DNA from: Sanchytrium tribonematis
Lineage: Eukaryota
DNA: 20,000 bases
NCBI GenBank assembly: GCA_018985235.1
Contig: JADGIG010000008.1
Location: 44,581-64,580, forward strand
Direction of reading: 5' to 3'
Shown here: in pieces, positions 9,705-17,375 of the stretch
How positions within the stretch are numbered: the first letter of the stretch is position 1
How the letters are laid out: every line of letters starts with the position of its first letter
Notes under the pieces: model-generated
Database searches by the model: none
What the model was told of the DNA's origin: nothing
The model's input: only the letters and a program-made list of their open reading frames with translations
Translations under genes and position numbers: made by a program

Positions 9705-12700
9705 ATGAACAGACGAACAAGCAGTGAGATTGGCCTTCATGAAATAAAAAAGATGCATTATTCTAATGCTTTAAAGCAAGATACTATTGTTCATAGGATA
9801 AACACAATGCCTCAAAATAATGAAATTTCTTTATCTTCTAAAAGCAATAGTCTCACAACTGCGCTTGGGTTGGCATTTAATAGATTAGAAGTGAAAAGAT
9901 CGAATATTGATTTGAGCAAATCAGAGTCCAAAGTAGAAGCACAACAAGATCAACATGTCAATCAGATTTTTCTTAAAACAAGTGAAAAATTAAATGGGGA
10001 CTTGGCTACGAGCTACACGTCAATGGAGTCCCCTTCTATGAGCTTGGATGACAATAGTCTTCCCCAACTCTCACCTAGAAAAAAAGAGCAGCACGACCTT
10101 GATGATCATTCATATCAAATCGAAAAAGAGAACAACTCTTTTTTAAGGTCAGTTTTATTATTTTGGAACGGTCAGGTAGGGGGAGTCAAGAAACTCTCTC
10201 AATTTTTTGCAGCTTTTTCCAAATTGCAATTAATCTTTGCAGAAATTGTGATAGCATTAGCATTTGCTATTCCTTATTCGATGCTCGATGGAAATGATTT
10301 ACTGGTACTGCTCATTGTAAATTGTATTGTTATTTTTGCTGTTTTGCAAATGAAAAAGAAGTTCGCCATGAAATATCACGATACTTGGAGCATTTTTACG
10401 CTTATAATACATCAGATGCTGTTAATGTACTTAAATCACGTCTTTGCGATAAATGAGAACCAAGTTTCAACAAATTTATTTCTAATTTTCATCAGTAGCT
10501 CATTGACTTGTGTTTCCTCTCTGGCTACTAAAACGATCATTGTTTTTAATATATTGGCAAAAGCGTTATTATTCTTGGTAAGCCGCAAAAACTTAGATTG
10601 GAAAATATTTTCTTTGACGTTATTTGTGGACTTAGCTGGTTGTTTTGTCGCGTTGCTAAACAGTTTAAAGATAGTCCAAGTATTTCAAAAGAAAGGCTCT
10701 GGTATAGTTGATTTTCAGGCTGTAATTGATAAAACAAGGAAAGAGGTCGAACTGCTCGATAAAATGGCGAATTCGCTTCTTCCTGATTATGTTTGGCATG
10801 AATTGAAAGAGGGCAAACATGGTGCATTTACAGGGAATATAAACAAGGGATTGCGATATGAATATCCAAAAGTTTCAATCTTGTTTGCTGATGTTGTCGG
10901 GTTCACTGCCCTTAGTTCCAAAATAGATAAGGATGAATTACTTAAAGTTCTTAATCACGTATTCACAAGATTTGATAAAATTGCTGAGGTCCACGATATG
11001 GAAAAAATTAAAACTGTGGGAGACTGCTATGTAGTGGTGGGTGGCGTAACAACTGCAAGCGAAGATTGTGTAGCCAGGTGCGCTTTGATGTCATTGAAAA
11101 TGGTTGAGGCAATGAAAGAAATTCAACAGAGCTCAATTATTCCTGAAGGTGTGACTGTAGCTCTGAGGATTGGATCGCACGTAGGATCAGCAACTGGGGG
11201 ACTGATAGGTGATACGAAAATGCTTTTTGACATTTGGTCTAAGGATGTTAGTCTAGCCAGTTTGATGGAGCAGTCTGGGGCGCCAAATAGAGTTCATATC
11301 TCTCAAGATTTTTATAATGAAATTTCCGACATAGCCATTGTTGATGCAGCGCAAGAGGTGATATTCTCTGAGATCAAAGTCAAATCCTACTTTTTGGAAG
11401 GCATCAATGTTAACAGAGAATTTTTCAAACTTCCATTTATAGTTAAAAGCTGCAAGATTTCTAGCAATTACAAACACAGCTTTTATCGGCCTGCTAAAAT
11501 GTCAAATAAGAACCAGATTTCGTTGCTTCAAAAAACTCCGCATATCTTGCACAAGTTTCTAATGCATTTTGAAGAGTTGCAAATTGAGAATGAATTTATT
11601 AGAAAACACCAGAAAGACAATCTACATAGCGTACTGTTGGGATTATTTTTAAATCTAATAATTGGCGTAGTTTTTGGGGTTTTAGGAATATACTTTAGTA
11701 GAAGTTCAACTATTGCAATTTTGATTGCATTTAATGCCATAGTTCATCTATCCTGTACTGCCATTATGCTAAGCATTAAATTTCGTGGTGGCTCGTCGTT
11801 CGAAAATCTTAGCATTCTTGAAAAACAGTTTTACAAAATAGGATCCAAAGCTCAAACTTTAGATCAGGATGTTTTAATACTTACAACAATGTTTAGTACC
11901 TATTTGCTTGTGCTGGGAAGCTCGGTCGTCTTTCAGAGTGATTTGCCATTTATTCATGGATCTTTTTACATTTGTATAATTTCAGGATACATATTTCAAG
12001 GCTTAAAGTTTCCTTATTTTGTTATATTTTTTCTCTTGTCAACCATTACCTATGGATATTTTTTAAGCTATCAAACTCTGACTACTTGCGATGATTTCAG
12101 AAGCATATTTTTTTATTTTGGCATAACTATATGTCTTTTTAACAATTATTCTCGAAATTTTTGTAGCAGAAATTTTTTTAGTGTTGATACAAATCAAAGA
12201 GAAGAGTTGTTCGTTTTACAAGATCAACACCTAAAAACTAATAAGACTGTTTTGAAATTGCTGCCCAAGCACGTTATAGACATACTGAAGTCCGGAACCA
12301 CAGATTTCAGTGAGAGTTTTCCTGAATGTGCCGTAATCTTTTGCGAAATTATGGGCTTATCAAAATACTCCAATAATCCAGATCTTTTGAATGAGATTAT
12401 CAGTCGAGTAGACAAAAGTTTAATTTTTTTTCCAGGAATTGACAAAGTTAAAACCATTTACTCGATATACATGGCTGCAACCGGAATAACACCAGAATCC
12501 AGGTCCACGAAAGAACATTTGAAATCTGCTCTTGATTTCGCTTTGTCATTGAAAAAACATATCAAAGTATTCCAAGAAAAAGGAATCACGCTAAATTTTC
12601 GAGTTGGAATTTCTATTGGGCCCATCATTGCGGGCCTTGTTGGCAAATCTAAGTTGACTTATGATATTTGGGGCGATACAGTGAATGTTTCTTCGCGCAT

Positions 12701-12866
12701 GGAATCTACAGCTGATCCAGGGACCATTCAAGTAACTCAGCGTGTTTTTCATTTGTTTGAAGACACTTTTAAGTTTGAAGACAGAGGGCCGATATATGTG
12801 AAAGGCAAGGGGACAATGAACACCTACCTCTTGCTAGGCAAAAAAAGAAGAAATCAAAGTAAATGA
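9705..12866 (+). CDS. Class III transmembrane adenylyl cyclase with animal-type architecture (N-term, ~6TM, C1, ~6TM, C2), 1053 aa
   Basis: C1 motifs: SILFADVVGFT, KIKTVGDCY, FDIWSKDVSLASLMEQSG. C2 motifs: KVKTIYSIYMAATG, GPIIAGLVG, YDIWGDTVNVSSRMEST. A hydrophobic helix cluster precedes each cyclase domain. Confidence 0.92.
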   Translation: MNRRTSSEIGLHEIKKMHYSNALKQDTIVHRINTMPQNNEISLSSKSNSLTTALGLAFNRLEVKRSNIDLSKSESKVEAQQDQHVNQIFLKTSEKLNGDLATSYTSMESPSMSLDDNSLPQLSPRKKEQHDLDDHSYQIEKENNSFLRSVLLFWNGQVGGVKKLSQFFAAFSKLQLIFAEIVIALAFAIPYSMLDGNDLLVLLIVNCIVIFAVLQMKKKFAMKYHDTWSIFTLIIHQMLLMYLNHVFAINENQVSTNLFLIFISSSLTCVSSLATKTIIVFNILAKALLFLVSRKNLDWKIFSLTLFVDLAGCFVALLNSLKIVQVFQKKGSGIVDFQAVIDKTRKEVELLDKMANSLLPDYVWHELKEGKHGAFTGNINKGLRYEYPKVSILFADVVGFTALSSKIDKDELLKVLNHVFTRFDKIAEVHDMEKIKTVGDCYVVVGGVTTASEDCVARCALMSLKMVEAMKEIQQSSIIPEGVTVALRIGSHVGSATGGLIGDTKMLFDIWSKDVSLASLMEQSGAPNRVHISQDFYNEISDIAIVDAAQEVIFSEIKVKSYFLEGINVNREFFKLPFIVKSCKISSNYKHSFYRPAKMSNKNQISLLQKTPHILHKFLMHFEELQIENEFIRKHQKDNLHSVLLGLFLNLIIGVVFGVLGIYFSRSSTIAILIAFNAIVHLSCTAIMLSIKFRGGSSFENLSILEKQFYKIGSKAQTLDQDVLILTTMFSTYLLVLGSSVVFQSDLPFIHGSFYICIISGYIFQGLKFPYFVIFFLLSTITYGYFLSYQTLTTCDDFRSIFFYFGITICLFNNYSRNFCSRNFFSVDTNQREELFVLQDQHLKTNKTVLKLLPKHVIDILKSGTTDFSESFPECAVIFCEIMGLSKYSNNPDLLNEIISRVDKSLIFFPGIDKVKTIYSIYMAATGITPESRSTKEHLKSALDFALSLKKHIKVFQEKGITLNFRVGISIGPIIAGLVGKSKLTYDIWGDTVNVSSRMESTADPGTIQVTQRVFHLFEDTFKFEDRGPIYVKGKGTMNTYLLLGKKRRNQSK

Positions 12867-12877
12867 ATCGTAACCGT

Positions 12878-13219
12878 TTATTTTCTATCTTCCACCATTA
12901 TGACATGGTATCCAAATTTTGTTTTTAAAGGCTCTCTATTGAATTGTGGGGCATTGGAAGTAGAGACTGACAAGGAAAAGGCTAGATCCTGGAAGTCACC
13001 TATCATTTGTCCACGCGACTGCCACCCTAAGGAGCCACCTTGTCTAGCTTTATCAATGCTCATTTCTTTGGCAACATTTTCAAATGATTCCCCTGCATCA
13101 AGCCTTTTGATTGCATCAATTGCTTGTCCGTGCTTTTCCGTGAGTATGTGCCTAACCTTGATTGCATTGGCTGGCTTCTGTTTATCCGAATTGTTACTAC
13201 TTTGCTTCTTTTTGGCCAT
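12878..13219 (-). CDS. PIN4: Parvulin-type peptidyl-prolyl isomerase Par14/PIN4, 113 aa
   Basis: Basic N-terminus, [22 protein letters not shown] and [12 protein letters not shown]. No WW domain, so it is Par14-type rather than Pin1/Ess1. Confidence 0.95.
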   Translation of the reverse strand: MAKKKQSSNNSDKQKPANAIKVRHILTEKHGQAIDAIKRLDAGESFENVAKEMSIDKARQGGSLGWQSRGQMIGDFQDLAFSLSVSTSNAPQFNREPLKTKFGYHVIMVEDRK

Positions 13220-13250
13220 GAAAAAATGTGTTCTCCTATGCCCAAAATAT

Positions 13251-13832
13251 TTATTTTAACAGAGCTCGACGCAATTCAAACTTAGGCTGCACATATGGGA
13301 AGAAGGGGCTCATTTCACAGTCTAGCTGTGATACTTTTGGATTGATTAATTCAGTGGCATTTGGTAGGGGACGAAATTTTTTTAGATCTATTGTCTGGCT
13401 TGTGGGTAATTCCGCGAAACATTCTGGATGAGTAAATGGATTTATAACATGTATATAATTTCTATTTTTGAATCGGTGTCTTATTTTACAGTCAAAATCG
13501 GTTGCTTCGTTTGTTAATTTAATAAAATGATTTTTATAGATTTGCTTTTCTTCAAATGGCAAATCATCACGAAATGCTCCAAAGTGATGCACAATATCTT
13601 TTTTGAAAATCACAAATCCTTCTTCCTTGGCATGTAAAGTGAATGTTCTTCCTCGAAAGACGTTGTCCCCACAATGCCATTTCGTTCCTCTCTGAGTTAT
13701 AATGATTTCTCCTGGCTTAACATACTCCATACTAAACTTTTTGATACCCAAATATTTTGGCAGGGCTTTTCGGTTATTTTGAGTACTACCACTTGATTTT
13801 TTTGTTGCAAACTTGATTCCTGACAAGAACAT
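13251..13832 (-). CDS. MRPL27: Mitochondrial ribosomal protein bL27m with C-terminal extension, 193 aa
   Basis: [41 protein letters not shown] and [12 protein letters not shown] match the L27 signature, preceded by a very short leader. Confidence 0.9.
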   Translation of the reverse strand: MFLSGIKFATKKSSGSTQNNRKALPKYLGIKKFSMEYVKPGEIIITQRGTKWHCGDNVFRGRTFTLHAKEEGFVIFKKDIVHHFGAFRDDLPFEEKQIYKNHFIKLTNEATDFDCKIRHRFKNRNYIHVINPFTHPECFAELPTSQTIDLKKFRPLPNATELINPKVSQLDCEMSPFFPYVQPKFELRRALLK

Positions 13833-14027
13833 GAAATTAGGAGAATTTTAAATTTCAGTACATTTTGAACTTGAGAAATCTAAATAAATTATTCAATCAG
13901 CCTAGTTAAAAACTTGGCGGAAACCTGGATCTCTGTTTTCAGGATATTTTAGATTTTTCACCTAATTTGTGTACAACATTCAAGGATTGATTCAATCAAG
14001 TACGAGACGTACGGAGATTTTTTTAAA

Positions 14028-16289
14028 ATGTCATCGCAACACGAAATTGAAGAAAATTATATCTTTGAGGAGCTCAGCAAAAAATCCATGCTTTCAGCAA
14101 ATCCTCAAATGGTCCATAAATTAGCTCAATTATATGGTAAAAAAATGATGAATAATCTTGCAAAGAAAAAATCTGGAGACCCCGAAAATGATATGGATTT
14201 AATGACTTTCTTTTCTACACTGATGGAAATGACCATAAAGAAAGATGATCCGCCCGAAGAGGGAGATTATTCTGGAAGTGACTGTCTAAGTGAAGTTAGT
14301 AACAATTCTTACAATGACCGTACTCGCTATTTCAGTGTATCTGATCATACTTCAATTGCACATTTAATAGTTGCAGAAGAAATGAGACTAAAACAGAGTA
14401 TGCTTCGTGAAAAGGAAGAATTTAAAAAACAGAGACAGGCTCAAAAGGACAAACAAAAGCTCAAGCGAGAATTGGAGGAGACGGAGAAGCTGAAATTAAA
14501 AGAGCTAGAGATAATTGAAAAGAAACGCCAGGAAGATGAACGAAAGCGTGCGAAAGAAGAACAGGAAGCGTTTGAAAGCCGAAAATTATTATGTCGCAAA
14601 AAAATGGAAACAAATGCTAGAAAATGGTTTTACCACTACTCGGATACATCAAAGCCTCGCTTTATTGATTTAGTACGACTTTCGGAAGATTTCGACGAGA
14701 TTCCAATATCTAAATTGTATGAATTGGAATACAAATGGGACCCTTTAAAATCTAATCAAATTGACAGCGAAGATGTGTCTGAATGTATTGGCTCGCATTG
14801 TTTTGAACTTAATAGGTACGAGTCGTATGAGCCCAAAGAGGGGAGACAAGAAACTCCACTTCATGCTAGTATTAGAGGCGCTGCAAAATGCAATGATTGG
14901 ACAATTGTGAAATTTTTACTCGATAAAGATATTAATTATAATATCCCTGATGAAGATGGCATGATCCCTTTGCATTTGAGCATTCACATGGAGAGCCCTG
15001 AGGAGATTATGCAAAAAATGATAAATAATTCAGGTGCCCTGATTGATGAAAAAGACATAAAAACTGGCTCCACAGCCCTCCATATAGCTGTAGAAAAAGG
15101 TAATGCTAGATGCGTTAAAATGCTGCTAAATTCCAAGGCTAGGATTAATATTTTAGATATAAATGGAAATACTGCCGAATCAATTGCTCAAAATAATTTC
15201 GATAAAAAATGTATTACTGGAATTGACAAAACTGACTGGTTTAAACTAGAGATTTCATCATTGCCTGCAAAAACTGGAAGTTCTCCCGCTATAATGGCTT
15301 GTTTGTCTCTGCTCAAAAAATCACGGGAACTTTTAGAACATGAAAGAATAGAAGCTATGCGCAAAAAGGAAGAAGTTAAGAAAGAAGAACTCGAAAAAAA
15401 ACGATTACAAGAAATAAAAGACGAAGAGGCGAGAAAAAAAGCTGCTCAAAAAGTGCGTAAAAATGAATTAACCTTTGATTTAACACCGGCCTTTTTAAAT
15501 TCAGAACCAAAAGTACAAACGACGCCAAGCAAGAAAAAGAAGAGCAAGAAGAAAGGGAAGAAGAAGAACATCGAAGATGCTGTTTCCATCAATTCTTCTG
15601 CTGTCGATGAAACTGTGTCCCCGCCTCCCTCTGTTCAACAATCAGTGGCTTCTACACCTGTGCTTGACTTTGAAAGATCTAGATCAGTATCTAGTGAAAG
15701 CTTAGTTACTAAAACTCCACTCAAAAGTAGGGTTGACGACGTTTCTCCTCCGCCAGGATTTGTGTACACCGCGGCTGATCTGGAAAGAGAATTGCTTCAA
15801 GGATTTTCTGTTCCAAAAGAAATTGGCGAAGTTAAAGATGAACTTGCAACAGACAACACATCGACTATTGAAGATTTTTTGTCTAGAACTGCTATTCGTA
15901 AAAGGGCTGAGGATGTGGTGCTGACAGAACCAGTCTCTGAAAATTTTGCTCGCGTACCACCTGTCGTGAAAAGCAATTTGAAAAGAAAAACTAATTTACC
16001 TAACGGAAACAGTATAAACTTGCAAACAAAGCCAAAATTATCTGGAAAAATCTCAGATGCTGCCCCAGGGTTTGAGCCTGTAAACAAAAAGACTGAAGAG
16101 GAAGCCTTGAAGCCAATTGGATCTATTCTAAAGTCGATTTTAACAGAATCTGATCAGGACGAAATAATTATGAAAAGCGCACCTACCAAAAAGGCGGAGA
16201 CTTTTTCATTGTTTAATGACACCAAACCTTTATTTACTTCCACGTCATTATGGGCTCCATCGCAAAACAGCGAGTGGTATTCAAAATAA
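14028..16289 (+). CDS. Ankyrin-repeat protein with flanking charged coiled coils, a Lys-rich NLS-like patch and a disordered C-terminus, 753 aa
   Basis: Ankyrin repeats ETPLHASI, GMIPLHLSI, GSTALHIAVEKGNARCVKMLL and GNTAESIA; E/K/R-rich helices; KKKKSKKKGKKK. Confidence 0.85.
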   Translation: MSSQHEIEENYIFEELSKKSMLSANPQMVHKLAQLYGKKMMNNLAKKKSGDPENDMDLMTFFSTLMEMTIKKDDPPEEGDYSGSDCLSEVSNNSYNDRTRYFSVSDHTSIAHLIVAEEMRLKQSMLREKEEFKKQRQAQKDKQKLKRELEETEKLKLKELEIIEKKRQEDERKRAKEEQEAFESRKLLCRKKMETNARKWFYHYSDTSKPRFIDLVRLSEDFDEIPISKLYELEYKWDPLKSNQIDSEDVSECIGSHCFELNRYESYEPKEGRQETPLHASIRGAAKCNDWTIVKFLLDKDINYNIPDEDGMIPLHLSIHMESPEEIMQKMINNSGALIDEKDIKTGSTALHIAVEKGNARCVKMLLNSKARINILDINGNTAESIAQNNFDKKCITGIDKTDWFKLEISSLPAKTGSSPAIMACLSLLKKSRELLEHERIEAMRKKEEVKKEELEKKRLQEIKDEEARKKAAQKVRKNELTFDLTPAFLNSEPKVQTTPSKKKKSKKKGKKKNIEDAVSINSSAVDETVSPPPSVQQSVASTPVLDFERSRSVSSESLVTKTPLKSRVDDVSPPPGFVYTAADLERELLQGFSVPKEIGEVKDELATDNTSTIEDFLSRTAIRKRAEDVVLTEPVSENFARVPPVVKSNLKRKTNLPNGNSINLQTKPKLSGKISDAAPGFEPVNKKTEEEALKPIGSILKSILTESDQDEIIMKSAPTKKAETFSLFNDTKPLFTSTSLWAPSQNSEWYSK

Positions 16290-16334
16290 ATAAATTCTAT
16301 AAAACTCGTAAAATTCTCCTTTTTTCATAATTTT

Positions 16335-17361
16335 ATGGACAGCACACTTCGATCTTTAGTTGAAAGTAATTTCAAATGGATATTTTGCGGAGGTAAAGGT
16401 GGTGTTGGAAAAACGACATCCTCTTGCTCGCTAGCCACAGTCTTAGCACTTAGCGGCAAACAGGTTTTACTAATTTCAACAGATCCAGCTCATAACTTAA
16501 GTGACGCATTCAATCAAAAGTTTGGCCAAAATCCTTTGCCTGTAAATGGATTCGATAAGCTACCGCCTATTGAAGGCTTGAATACAAACGGGAAAAAAGG
16601 AAATTTGTTTTGCATGGAAATTGATCCACAGAGTACCATGAATGATATGATCAAGGAAGAAGGCACAAGCATGTTGAATGATCTAGGCATGAACATTCCT
16701 GTAAATCATATTCACTTAGGGTGTTGATGAGGCGATGGGATTTGCAGAAGTTATGAAGTTGGTAAAAGGAATGTCATACGACGTTGTTGTTTTCGATACG
16801 GCTCCAACTGGTCACACTTTAAGATTTCTTTCATTTCCTAGTGTCATGGACAAAGCTTTAGATAAAATTAGAGAACTTGGAGGTAAATTTGGAAGCATAA
16901 TGACACAAATGTACACAATGATGGGAGCTTCTACAACACAAGAGCAGATGTTTTCTAAAATGGCAGAGACTCAAGCAACTATCAAGCAAGTTCATGCTGA
17001 GTTTACCAACCCTGAAAAATGCACGTTTGTTTGCGTTTGTATTGCTGAATTTTTGAGTTTGTATGAGACCGAGAGAATGATACAAGAATTAATGGGATAT
17101 GATATCGATACACACAATATCATTGTTAATCAGCTAATTTTTGATAGTCCTGATGTCAAAAATGTTAAGTTGTTGAGAGTGCGTCGAAATATGCAGCAAA
17201 AATACTTGTCGCAAATCCATGAATTATATGAAGATTTTCATGTTGTAACTATGCCTCTTTTGACAAAAGAAGTGAGAGGTGTTGATAGAATTCGTCTTTT
17301 TGGTTCTTGGCTTTTAAAAGGTTATGATCCTAAAGAAGATATTGATTCCGATGAAGAATAG
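16335..17361 (+). CDS. GET3: ATPase GET3/ASNA1/TRC40 (tail-anchored protein targeting); exons 16335-16700 and 16720-17361, 335 aa
   Basis: Motifs [34 protein letters not shown] and [17 protein letters not shown]. Splicing joins MNIP to GVDEAMGF and recreates the conserved IPG(I/V)DEAM motif. Confidence 0.97.
16701..16719 (+). other. 19-nt spliceosomal intron in GET3 (GTAAATCATATTCACTTAG), phase 0
   Basis: GT...AG boundaries. Excision fuses ORFs 16335..16727 and 16735..17361 and restores [10 protein letters not shown] with no extra or missing residue. Confidence 0.95.
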
Positions 17362-17375
17362 GTAAATAAATTTAC

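Noticed and set aside
16542..16559. In-frame 18-nt GTAAATGGATTCGATAAG in GET3 as a hidden intron
   Set aside because: Removing it would delete the conserved V.GF motif, and it lacks the TTMAYTTAG 3' end.
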